From contig NW_003314287.1 of assembly GCF_000143415.4 (NCBI RefSeq), positions 766,203-830,202 of the forward strand: a stretch of 64,000 nt of DNA, read 5' to 3'. The translations under genes and the position numbers were made by a program. This stretch comes from Selaginella moellendorffii (lineage: Eukaryota; Plantae; Lycopodiophyta). The notes under the pieces are model-generated. The model had not been told where the DNA came from and made no database searches. It saw nothing but the letters and a program-made list of their open reading frames with translations. Shown piece by piece: positions 22,901 through 34,344 of this stretch; the stretch's first letter is position 1, and each line of letters opens with the position of its first letter.

Positions 22901-25774
22901 TGAGACCACACGCCATTGCAAATATAATTTGTACCTCCTTTTTTCCTATTGCTTGTCTGTTTGTCCTTCTTCGATGCGCCACCAGTGCGCTTTTCAGTCC
23001 TCGTGTCTGAATATTCACAACGATCTATAATCAAAATGGCGTGAGGCCTCACGTGACCTTACCTTGTGCAGGTTGTGAGCTCGGCCCAACATGGGTATCT
23101 TCAACAGTAGCTGTTAACGCCATTTCAGCATCTGGGGGTGGCCACGCTCCTACATACAGAGCTTGTGAGATAACATTTAAACTTAAAGTGTGTACTCACC
23201 AGGTTCGCAGAGAAGATACTGTTTTTCTTCGGCAACTGTAATTATATACTCCATTGAAGTCACCTCTTCAATGGAGTTTGTCACCGCAACACACGGGACA
23301 CCCTTGAGTAGTGCGGCTCGAAAGAATAGTCCACTGCAGTTGTACTCGACAACGCATTTGCCCTTGGAGTCGGAAGCAGGTGACCCACCTGCTATTGCGT
23401 TGAAGACCCAGCTGAGCATTTCCCATGCTGCACCTGGAGCTTTCTTTGGATTCGAAAGCTCTATAGCCGTCTTCAGTTCCTCAGGCACGGGTAAATTGAC
23501 CTCCCTCAGATCAATTCGATTGGCCTTGTCGAACGAAGCTGGGAAGTCACTCCAGTCCCACTCTGTTGCAGGACCAATAACAAGGGCGAGTGTAAAGATG
23601 CGGACATTCGTCGGTGTCTTCTTCTTAGCCATTATCCCATGGATCTCCCGCATCTCCTTGCCTTTCAACCGAGCTTTCACCTCGTTCAAGGCCTTCCAGA
23701 ACTTGTGATAGGATTCGGAGTCGTAGATCATATAGTGGACTGAAGATTCCACCTCCGCAAGTCCCACCATTAAGTCAATGATGGAGCTGACTTCGTCTGC
23801 ATGAGTGATCTCCTCGTTTGTGAAGTCCATCACACAAAAGATGTTCTTGACCTGCTCATCTCCGCGGGAAACGATGCTCCTCCACCTTTGATCCTCATCC
23901 GAATTCAAGTATACCCGGTAAGGTTCTCGATAGGCCTCTGCTGCGGGGTCGAGCTGTTTCTGAAGCCGGCGGTCGACATCAATCTTAATGAAATTTGGAT
24001 ACTGATCCAACTTCTCAGCTTTACTTTTCGTGGCATCCCGTAGCAGATCGATGAACTTGGGGGCCCCCTTCACGTACTCGTCGATGTCTTCATTTGACAA
24101 CTCCAGCGCTTCCATCATCTCTTGCGTGGTGTCGATGCTCACCCTCTCCACGGCCACTTGCTCGAAGATCCAATCCTTCAATAGCGCACGAGCTCTCAGA
24201 GTCGTGCACAAGTCCTCGTATGTCACAATATGGCCGGGAGTCATTTTGGTCTTGTTGAAGACTACCTCACCACGTAGAAGAGCATTAGCCACTGTCAGAA
24301 GGTCGTCGTCGTCTAGAGACCACGAGAAACGCAAGGCGTTGAGCTTCAAATCATTGCGCTTCCGGCCGTCCTCCACACCCATTGAGTTTGGCAACTCCCC
24401 GTCATGGTACCTCCTCAGCACATCTACCCATTTGTCAAAAACAACTTTTGTCGCGAGTAGAATGTTATGGATGCTGAGTGTGTCATTGACCCCCAGTGTT
24501 TTCGAGAGAAGACTCGAGAATTCCTGCAATGGAAATGGCGTGAGGCCACATGCTATGCCACATGCAACGAGGCTTACCTGCCAGGCGCTAGTTGCTAGTG
24601 CACGTCCTTGTCCTGGTTTTTGTGGCTTCTTCAGTTGAACCCAAAGCTTCCGTGTTCGTGCCAATGTCTCGTGCAGACCCGATTTGTAGCACGTTTCTTG
24701 CTTGACATTCTGCGCGTGGGAGATGTATATGATAGATCGGAGGGGCGAGTTGCCTTTTATCAGGCGGACAACTCTTATCTTGAAGACTTTCTTCACCTCC
24801 TCGCCCACCATAATATCCACAACTATCTCTTGCATCGCCAAGCTAGAATGCTGCCCGGAGACGGCATAGAACCGGATGTTCTGATCGTCCAACACCTTCC
24901 TATTGATCAAGTCTGGAAACCTTGTCTCGCCCTTCATTGTTCGGTAGTAGGGGATCACGTCTACGATGTCGGGTGTTATTGGACTTGCCAGCATCTTCTG
25001 CTTTAGTTTCTCCACCCACTCATCAGATACTAGCCTGTGGTTGTATTTGCTTTGGATGTCAATACGGCTCACGTCGATTGTATATACTTTGTTGGAATAG
25101 TAACAAGTACTATTATCTGCGACGATTTTTGCTGCCTCTTCTTGCTCTTTCTGCTCTTTACGGCTCTTCTTTTTGGTAGGTGTAGTGTTCGAACCCGAGG
25201 CAATGGCATCACCGAGTAGCTTCTTTTTTGGAGGAGAGTCGGACGTCGACTTGAGCTTGACCACCCTTTTCTGCTTCGGGGTAGTTTCCAGATCGACCCC
25301 CTTCCCCTTCGCTTCGCGAACTGGAGGCACTCTCAACGGCTCAATGTTGGAATATAGTTTTTGAACATCGCCGTAGGTGAGGTCCGTGGATTCCATGTGA
25401 TCTTCATAGACCTGCAGCGTCTTTGAAATTGTGGGCCTCCTGGACAACCTCTCCCTAGCTCCCTCTAGGAATTCCTCATAGCCGCTACCCCCCTCCGGGA
25501 AGACGCTAGGATGTGCAAGGTGGATCTTGAAGGCAGACGCTGTCTCTACCACAAGTGCCAGTCCGTATTCTTGCATGGAACTGCATGGAGTGTCTGTCAC
25601 TTGGATGAGGATCCCCATGCATTCTTTTCTCCCACCATCTGTGTTGTACAGCCTCAGATCCTCGCCTTCCATCCCAAAAGTCCAACTGGTGAGCTCCTCC
25701 CCCTTCTCTGCATCCACATTGACAGTGGCTGGAAGAAGAACGCAATTCCTCGCCTGTTCAGAAATGCACAACAA
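19963..25774 (-). CDS. Transposon cargo gene, multi-exon: ParB-like domain + degenerate N4/N6-MTase-like fold + low-complexity linker + FCP1/NIF-like HAD phosphatase; disrupted by an LTR fragment
   Basis: The 863 aa ORF (23183-25774) can be joined through GT-AG introns 23150-23199, 23025-23062, 22886-22934, 22695-22741, an acceptor at 21476 and intron 20844-20890, all phase 1, to the HAD ORF (IIFDLNGVL, GVWTS, KPIFVK, ILIIDDSLIK). There is also an in-frame 54 bp intron at 24524-24577. The true 5' end is probably further upstream. Confidence 0.68.
21522..22665 (+). mobile_element. Truncated LTR related to family B, inserted in the cargo gene
   Basis: Starts TGTGAGAC and contains GAGATGGAGTCC 12-mer and GAGACC/GAGTCC hexamer arrays (~21755-22315). 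The following GGGTGAAAGCCCAAAGCG...TCCAAAAGTATAGTAGGG segment is homologous to the B LTR; homology stops near 22660 with no TSD. Confidence 0.8.
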
Positions 25775-28256
25775 TTAGAGCTGACAGATGAAAAGCTAGT
25801 AGCTGGAAATAACGTGAGGCCACACGCCATTCACCACTACATCAGATGTCTTGAGGCTGCATCCTAAGATGGCGTGAGGCTACACGCCATCTGTAACCGG
25901 ACTGCACTCGAGAGCCCAATCGGTGCATGCCAATGTTGCTACTGAATGGCATGTGGCCTCATGCCATTTTCTACTTGGCCTAAGAGACTTACCATTTGAA
26001 GCCAAATGGAGGCGTGACAACCGGACTCGCTGGCGAATGTGCACTGTGTGTGCAGCGGATCGTAGCAGCAAGGCTACTCTGCCACTTACAGTTGGAGAGT
26101 GGCGCTGAAATCTCCCGGGACGCCAAGTGGGCTGCGTGTGGGTGGCGGAGTGGGCGGCGGAGTTGGCGGCGAAGTTACAAACTGGGTGTGTCTTGAAGTG
26201 GACGCCGATGCACACGAGCGCGATGCGAGCGCGAGTGTGATGCAAGCGCGAGTGAACGCTGATGCACACGAGAAACCTGTAGAGAAGTGGGAGCGCGATG
26301 CGAGCGTGAGTGTGCGAGCGCGAGTACGAAGCAAAATGCAAAACCTAACCTCACACGCGCGAAATGTCACGACGGTTGGTAATCCTGCAACGTCATCATT
26401 CCTCGGACTTGGGCGCCACCATTAATTTCTGGATCGCCGCGCGCATACATACACGTGAAATCCAAAAGAAATCCGCAACGTTATCATTCCTCGGACTGCA
26501 TGCACGCGAAATCCAAAAGAAAGATCATGATTGGGATATCATTTAATACCCTCGCTATATTTATACCATGCATGATTGGATATTCCAAAGCATCTTGTAT
26601 TTCCAAAAATGCCAGATGTTCAGCTAAATAAATTGTCAGAGGATTTGATGTGACGTTCAAGCGTGTGGGCTCATGCAATTTTGATCCCAAAAAATGCTCG
26701 GCGTCATCTGGCGTTATCTCTTGAATGGCGTGGGGCCGCATGCCATTTTCAGGAGCACATAGGAGTATATTCCTAGAATATTCTGACACGCGCGAGATTG
26801 TTTTGAGTTTCCTGGAGATCCAACCGTTAGATCGCAACTAGATTTTACAGAATGGTATACAATGTCCTTCTTGATGACCCTGCAAATAAGCATCTCGATC
26901 GGACACCACATGAGACCACACGAGCCTTACAATGTTTCAGGGGCATTTGCCATAGATCCGACCGTTATTTTGCTCCAAGATTCTACAGTTTGGTGTGCAT
27001 TGACCTTTCCATCGACATTGCAAAGGGACATCACAATCAGATGTGAAATCACAAGAAACCAACTTCACTAACTCTGGTTTCACCAAGATCTACGTAAGGA
27101 GTTATGAAATGAAAGGACCCTCTCTATTGAAATGTGTTTATGGTCCTAGGGGCATTGTGACATATCAAAGGATTTTGCATCAAGTTCTGTATTTGCATGT
27201 TTATCAAGCTACTGAATTGCTAAACCCTAAATCCTAACCCTAAACATGTGGCAAATGCTGCGTGAAGAAAGATGCCCTTTCTGGGCAAATGTTGTAAGAG
27301 GTAGATGCCGAGCAGATGTATCTCAGGCTAGCGAAGGGGACAAACGAAAACTAGCTATAAACATGACGGGATGCAAATAGATTACTAGGTTGGTCCTGTG
27401 AAAATCAAAAACCATAATTGAAAACATTGAAAATGCAAAAAGAAAGGTTTATAATATTTTTGAATTTTAAGCAACCAAAGGAATGTAAGTAGGGCATGTG
27501 TTTGTAAGTTTAAAAATGCCTCAACCACTTAAATTCCCAAGTAAATAAAGCTGTTTCTATTTTTGGTACAGGTAAACTTTATAGCGTGTGGGCTCATGCA
27601 ATTTTGAACCAAAAAATGCACCAAAAAATGCTCAACTAGCATTATTCTTTGAATGGCGTGTGGCCTTATATTGCCATAAATGGACGTACACACACAGCAT
27701 AATTATTCCTTTACACGGCAAATAATCTTGGCGCGGATCGCTGACATGGCATGGCAAAGTTCGAATCACTGACATGGCATAGCTGGATCGAGGCAAGGAC
27801 ATAATGTGACAAAGTTCAACCTCCGACAGCAAAGTCTAGAAGCTACTTAGTTTGAAATTTGTCAGAGGAATCATAAGATCTGGTTTGTCAGAGGATTTGA
27901 TATGACGTTCAAGTGTGTGTTATTTTTGCATTCTCGAACTCATTCCTAGGTCTATCATTTTTGTGCACCGTGTTCTTGGTTTCGCTGAGCGCAGTGAGCG
28001 CTGCTTGTGTAAGCGGCGTTGTGAGCTGTGGTTTATGCGTCTACAAGCGGTTGCGGCATTGCGAGCGCCATTGCGAGCGGCAGTTTATGCGAGTGGCAGT
28101 TTGTGCGAGCGGCGCTATGAGCAGTTGCGGTGTTGCGAGCGGCGCTACGAGTAGTTGCGGTGTTGCTAGCGGCACTGTCTTTGGTGTGGCTACCGCTTCC
28201 TCTTGATATTCGGCACTTGTGCTTCCTGGTATGTTCACCATGGAATGGTTTAGGAC

Positions 28257-28600
28257 CACATTTAGAAATGGCATGAGGCCACATGCCATCTTGGGCCCTT
28301 GCAATTTCATGGCTAGGGTATTGTCATGTATGTTTTTACTTGCCTGCAGCTGTGTGTATATCAAGATGGCATGAGGCCTCATGCCATCTTTGGCCCCTGC
28401 TAGCCTATTGCCATATTCCTTTTGCCTTGCTGCAACTGTATATATTTTTGTATGGGTGACTAGTCACGCACACATTTAGAAATGGCATGAGGCCACATGC
28501 CATCTTGGGCCCTTGCAATTTCATGGCTAGGGTATTGTCATGTATGTTTTTACTTGCCTGCAGCTGTGTGTATATCAAGATGGCATGAGGCCTCATGCCA
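28257..28600 (+). repeat. ~130 bp direct duplication (28257-28386 and 28471-28600), each unit carrying two palindromes
   Basis: Identical CACATTTAGAAATGGCATGAGG...GGCCTCATGCCA blocks at an offset of 214 bp, upstream of the transposase ATG. Confidence 0.9.
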
Positions 28601-28744
28601 ATTTTGTGAATGCGAAATTTCACGTGGGTGTCAATAGCATGTTTGAATAATGGCATGTGGCCTCATGCTATTTGGTATGTTATGATTTAGGCCATTCTCC
28701 AATCATTTTTTGTATGGTCTTAACTTCTTTTCTGCACTTTCAGA

Positions 28745-31700
28745 ATGGCCTTCAGGGTTGGGGAAAAGGTTTACATTTTGAATGGTGGGAAGAGAGTTGC
28801 AAAAGGGACCCTTGTGTCTATGGATCAGAACTTTGTTATACACTGTCAAAGGCTTGGGGAAGGCAATGCTGCTGTATCAGTAGAGACTGTCTTCGATGGG
28901 AATGTGGTCGCTATTGAACGAGGAGAGATGGTCGTTGGGGTAAATGTTGTTGTTGCCTTGAAAAATCTGCAGAAGAAAGCAAATGTTGGGGACAGCGCAA
29001 GTGCAACGCATGTTCCCTCCGTGGATCTTAAGAACCGTGCTACATGGATTCAGGCAAAGGTGTTTCTAAACAACCCCGAGGGGGAGGTGGTAGCTGAGGG
29101 CTTAGCCACAGTTGTCGATCCAAGAGATGCGGTTGCTAATCAAGAATTGGGCTGGGACGATATTGGAGTTGCGATTTTAGAGGTTGTTGACACAGAAGAA
29201 AACAGTCTGACTATTGGAAGCATTGTGCGGTGGAAATTGAGGCATTTAGTGTTTGAGAATGTGAAGGATTCACAATCAAACACCACTACAACTGATGACA
29301 GAACATCTCTTCATGGGAAAAGAAAGTATACCTTCCTACAGCACAGCCAAAGGGATCTGAGCAACGAACCGAAAAGGCAGAAAATGGCGATGGAGGTTCG
29401 AATGGTCTCGACAGTTGCTTGTTGCAAGAGGAGGTGCTGTCAACATGCTGATTGGGATGCTATTGAAGAGGAGAGAGCAAGATACAAGACATTGTCCTGG
29501 AAGGCAGCTCGCAATTTTGTGTATGAGGCATTACGGTCATCTGTTGATGCTTCAGAACATCAGGTGGGGGGCATGGTCTTCCAGAGGGGTTTGGTCTGCA
29601 TGAAGGCATGGAGAATCATTTATGGAGTCCCTCGAAGCACATTCTACAGAATCAAAACTGAGTTCGAGGAACAAAGGGTTCAACAGGCAATCCATGGGAA
29701 CGATGGTACGCACAAAACCAGGGGTCATGTTGTATATGGAGAGGCAATCTTCAAGAGGTTTGTCGAGACATGTAGCGAGCAGCAACCACATAAAACCCGC
29801 CTCTTGGAAGATGGAACACGAGACACCCAACGAGTTCTCCCTTCCATGTATACCAAGGGGGCCATATTGGAAGATGTGAATCGGGAACTCCAGAGTAATG
29901 GCTATAGGAAGCTGAGCCAATCTAGATTTAGTAGATTGTGGAGCAACAGATTCAGGGATGTGAGTATAGGAAAGTACTCCAGCTTTTCAAAGTGTGACGA
30001 GTGCACTGCTATCAAAATGGCTTTGTCGAAGAATTCTTGCCATGCTTAAGAGCGAGAGACGTTAGTTAGAAGGCGGCTCGACCACAACATCGAGCAGAGA
30101 AGCTGCAGGACTGCATATTATCATAACAGGATTCTCTCCATGGAGAGACCTGACTCTTACCTCTGCATCATCCACGACAAAATGGACCAGAAAAAGACGT
30201 GCTTACCTCGACTCAATCCTGCCCCCAAGGCAATCTCTTCATCCATGCAGCTGCCTGTGTCTCTGTTTGGCATAATCGCTCATGGGCATGGTGCCCAGAA
30301 CTATGGGAACTTCTTTGTACCTTTATGGGGTGGCGGGGGTGCAAACATGATGATTGCGTCCCTAGCAAAACACTTAAGGTCTCTGCAAAGTGTGCAGACT
30401 GAGCTGAACGGCCAACCCTTGCATAAGGCCCTTGTCGATCGAACCGCATACAGGGTTCAGCTAGAGGAGGAGCAAAGGCTTGCAGTATCGCGTGGGGCCC
30501 CATGCCATCCTAGTGAATATGTTGGCCGTCAGATTGTAGGGTTATCACGTGAGGCCTCATGCCATTCCGACGAGGCTGGTCGCCCGGTGAATGCACAGCC
30601 TCATCCAAACGAAGCAGAATCTCAAGGAAGTTCTTGCGGCCGATGTGGCCTTCCACCCCATCTTCTGCTCCAAATAGACAATGCTGGCAGTGAGAACAAA
30701 AACATGTACGTCTTCGCGTGCTTGGCAATGCTTGTTGCCAAAGGCATATTTCAAACGGTTACACTTGGCTTTCTCATGGTTGGGCACACTCATGAAGACG
30801 TCGATGCCATGTACAGTCACCTGGCAGAGTCCCTCCAGCGATCCAATGTCCTCACCCTCCCACAACTCTACGATGAATTCCAAAATTGCATCAAAGGCAC
30901 TGTTGAAGCTGCACTTGTGACAGAGGTTCCAGACTTTAAGGGGTTTGTAAGAGGCTACATCAGGGATGGATCCGAAACGCTGATTGGCCACTCCAAGCCT
31001 CTTCAGTTTCATTTCAGCATGCATGATGGTGCTCCAGTGATGAGGTACAAGATGAGAGAATGGGACACAGTGTGGCTGCCAGTGGATGGCATTGAACTCT
31101 TCAAGAGAGATCCCATAACTGGGGAACCCATGATTCCTCAGGGTTCCCCATGGCCGATGCACCCGGATGGACTCAAAGACCAGGAAAGTATAGTGGCCGG
31201 GATTAGACAGCATATTGCCTTCTGGAAGAGGGGGTTGGTGTTTGGTGGAGAATCCTATTTTAAGAGGTGCAAGCCTTTGCTCAAATACTGGGAGAAGATT
31301 ATATCTGCTATCCAAAATGGACCGGTTGTATATGAAGAATTGGAAGAGTCCTTTTGGCCAGTACCCAGAGCACCAGATAGTAGCGGAACAATGTCCTCTG
31401 GAAATGCAATGACAGATAACGATGTTGAGGATCACTATTGTGGGCCGAGGAACAAGAAGCCAGATTCAGCATTCAATCCAGTACAGGTCTGCAAAGGAAT
31501 GGTCGTGCTTGTCAGACCCAGTAATAAAAAACAAATGATATGGGTGGGGCGCTGCATCACTGATGCAGAGGAGGATGCGGAAACTAACTCCTTCAATGTA
31601 ACTGTGGAGTGGTTCAAGCCAAGTTCCGGATATACGAAGGATTGCCTAGAAAAGAGATGGGTACTGAATCCAAGGGATCCCAGCATGAGCATATCGGTGG

Positions 31701-31813
31701 ATAATGTTGTGCATGGTTGGATGCGGAAGCAAAGTGCCACCATCACCTTGCCAGACCATGCAAGAGATGCAGCAAGAGCATTCATAACCCGGGTTCAAGG
31801 TGAGATTCATTAA
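28745..31813 (+). pseudogene. Sola-like DDD transposase with a single in-frame TAA (30047-30049)
   Basis: The 434 aa and 557 aa ORFs are in the same frame, separated only by one TAA. Motifs: CCKRRC, KCDEC...H, IIHDKMDQKK, LQIDNAGSENKN, FLMVGHTHEDVD. A last ~50 bp intron starting near 31800 probably extends the CDS to ~31885. Confidence 0.82.
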
Positions 31814-32497
31814 TATTCCTTTACTAAGTTTCTAATGTATTTTATTTCAAGGTGAACAATCCGAATCTGAATCAAAGGAGGCGTGATGGCATGTGGCCCT
31901 TTGCACTAGTATATCTTAATACCGGTCTGAGAAATAGAATGGCATGTGCCCTCAGGCCTTTTACTAAATCACCTTTGAAAGAAATGCAAGCCTCTATGTC
32001 GTAAAAAAAAGGTACTAGAGAAATTCCTTAATAATATGAATGTTATTTAGTTTCATGAAAATACACTAAGGGTCAAATGAGTTAAATGACTTCTCCAGAC
32101 TAGCAATGCCTCTTGCTACACCTTCACAATTAGATTCTTTAGAAAAAGATAACATTGAATAATATCTAAATGTTCTCACCATTAAGTTATATGTCTGGCT
32201 AATAGGAATGACGTTCATCTTGGAAAGCTCACCACACGCTCAATGAACAAACAAATAGTGTGTGCGCGCATGCCATCGCTCTTCTTTAGCTTCAGATTCG
32301 GCTTGTTCACCTTGACAATGAGATTTATTATACAACCAGATGGACTCAATCTGGACACAAAGTCACCGCACTAGTCACCCCAGATATGTCTAGCCCCTGG
32401 ACAAAAAACATATAATTTCACGTCATTTTCAAATACTTGAAAATTTGTACCTAGTCCCATTTTACTGAATAAATCCCACTTTAACGAAATAGAGCTT

Positions 32498-33128
32498 CAT
32501 TCGGAGGAACGTAAGTTGCGCGGATCCTCGCCTTCATCATTTCCCAAGTGGCCACCGGTCCTTCGTTGGCCTCTGTTGTTCTCCACCAAGACTTGGCATT
32601 ATCTGCCAAGTATGGTTTTGCACATGGGACCTTCTCCGAGCTCGGTAATCGCAACGCTCGGAAGTAGTCCTCCATATCGTAAAACCAATCCTCCACCACC
32701 TTATAGTCGTTCACTCCCTTGAAGACCGGTGGGGGCTTTGGTTTGTACTTAGGAACTGCTTGAGGGACTGATTCCACTTCGGTTTGTTCGACCTTGTCTG
32801 GTTTTGCCTCAGTCCCTGCCGATGGGTCCGCACCTTCTGCGCTGCCAACATCCGCAGTCTTTCGCTTTTTCTTCTGCTTCTCATCACGCTTTAACTTGCA
32901 CACGAGAGTCTCTAGCAGGGCATTGGTCTGCGCCAATTGTCCTTCTAGAACGTCCAATCGAGCCTTGGACGACCAAACCTCGCCACCGGACTCCTGTTTG
33001 GAAGTTTCCTCACTGGAGTCCTCCTCATGCAAGGATTCCTCATCCATAGCCTCTTGTTCGACTGGAGGCTCCAGCTCTGGCGGAGGTTCTGTCTCCGCTT
33101 GGGTTCGCTTACGCCTTGCCTTTGCCAT
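32498..33128 (-). CDS. 5' part of gag of Gypsy family B (continues at 19540 beyond the insertion)
   Basis: MAKARRKR...KPKPPPVFKG...WFYDMEDYF...AKSWW...TYVPPN; rejoins ATLHLRDELSRLKQ once the DNA transposon and one TSD are removed. Confidence 0.9.
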
Positions 33129-33187
33129 CTCCCAGCAATCCGCCTCTATCCTTCGCTAGAACTGAGGAAGAGGCTCCGATACCAAAT

Positions 33188-34344
33188 TATAAGCCACAAA
33201 TTTTTCCTTTCCAATTTGCTAGCTTACCTCGTCTATCCGACCAACTCTGCTTTGGCTTGTGCTAAGTTCCCTCGCCAAGGTTCTCGCCTATGGTACCAGC
33301 TCCTACTTGGTCCTACTTGGTTTCAGCTACTTACTGCACGAGCAACGGAGTGTTAGCCATCCATCTACGGATTCCCAAATCTCTCCCAATCCCCCTCCCC
33401 GGGTTAGACTAGACTTAAGGTTCGGCTACACTCCCCGCAGGCACAAGCAGCCAAGCACACCAAGCCTCCAGATTCCTAACACCCCTTGGTACCACAAGAC
33501 TTGATCATGGGACCCTCTAAATCCCAAGCCTTGGGTGCAGCACTTGCTTCGGGACATCGGGGCGAAACACCATGGCCTAACAGCCCGGTATGGGTACCTC
33601 TACCCCCCCTCTTCCATCCCGAAGGGAAGGCCCAAGCCCCCGGAAGGGCGAGGACCAATGAGCCACAAGGTACTCAAGTGGGGCACCACTCCACCTGAGC
33701 CGGGAGCACCGCAGTCGGTTTCCCTTTCGGGAGTGGGAGCTGCTCTTGAGCACTTCCTTGGATGGCCCCTCCGGCACCAGCTAAGTCCATGCTCACTCCC
33801 ACCCAAGGCCCCTCGGTCCCAGTCTCAACCTCAAGTCGATTTGGAAGCCCAACTAGAGAGTCCCTTCAAAACTGGTTCCTGGACCTCACTATCCCTACTA
33901 TACTTTTGGAACCTGCAGCCCCCCCCCCCCCTGGGAGACGCACGCTTTGGGCTTTCACCCCTTGACCCGTATTAGTATTTGGACTTAGTCTCTGGCTCGA
34001 TCTCGGACCCGATTTCAAATCCGATTTCGGATTCGGTCTCGGACTCGATCTCGGACTCGATCTCGGACCCGATCTCGGACCCGACCTCGGACTCGACCTC
34101 GGACTCGGTCTCGGACCCGATTTCGGATCTCGGACTCCGTCTCAAACTCGGTCTCGAACTCGGACTCGAACTCTGTCCCCGAGTCGGTCTCGGACTCGAT
34201 TCCAGACTCTATCCCGAACTCGGTCCTAGAGTTGGTCTTGGACTCGATCCTTGACTTGGTCCCATCTGATGAACTCTTTGTCATTTCGGTCAAGCTTTTG
34301 GGAATCCTTTAGCCTACGACATCTCGGGGAGTCGGTTCCTTACA
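33188..34344 (-). repeat. 5' LTR of Gypsy family B
   Basis: Near-identical to 13817-14991; PBS at ~33172-33186 (- strand); hexamer array at ~33990-34250. Confidence 0.92.

Larger units (their letters stand above)
19927..31960. repeat. Dispersed 22 bp palindrome ATGGCRTGNGGCCNCAYGCCAT
   Basis: Near-complete copies start at 19927, 21002, 21077, 22704, 22895, 24535, 25809, 25869, 25946, 26725, 28268, 28366, 28482, 28580, 28650, 30487 and 30544. Partial copies lie near 19641, 23036, 26661, 27584, 27653, 31886, 31939 and 32259. Confidence 0.92.
19541..32497. mobile_element. 12,957 bp TIR DNA transposon, Sola-like, with cargo gene
   Basis: Perfect 24 bp TIRs AAGCTCTATTTCGTTAAAGTGGGA (19541-19564, 32474-32497) and 4 bp TSD CATT (19537-19540, 32498-32501). 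The empty site is visible in the duplicate gag copy at ~13141. Confidence 0.93.
13817..34344 (-). mobile_element. Ty3/Gypsy chromodomain LTR retrotransposon (family B), gag interrupted by a 13 kb DNA transposon
   Basis: Order LTR-PBS-gag-PR-RT-RH-INT-chromodomain-PPT-LTR, with two ~1.16-1.18 kb near-identical LTRs. Confidence 0.93.

Noticed and set aside
23255-23935. Active DNA methyltransferase in the cargo gene
   Set aside because: No intact DPPY/SPPY or FxGxG motif; only a degenerate fold resemblance is claimed.
28257-28671. Regularly spaced palindromes resembling a CRISPR array
   Set aside because: The spacers are duplicated or irregular in length, there are no cas genes, and the context is eukaryotic; better explained as dispersed sites plus a local duplication.
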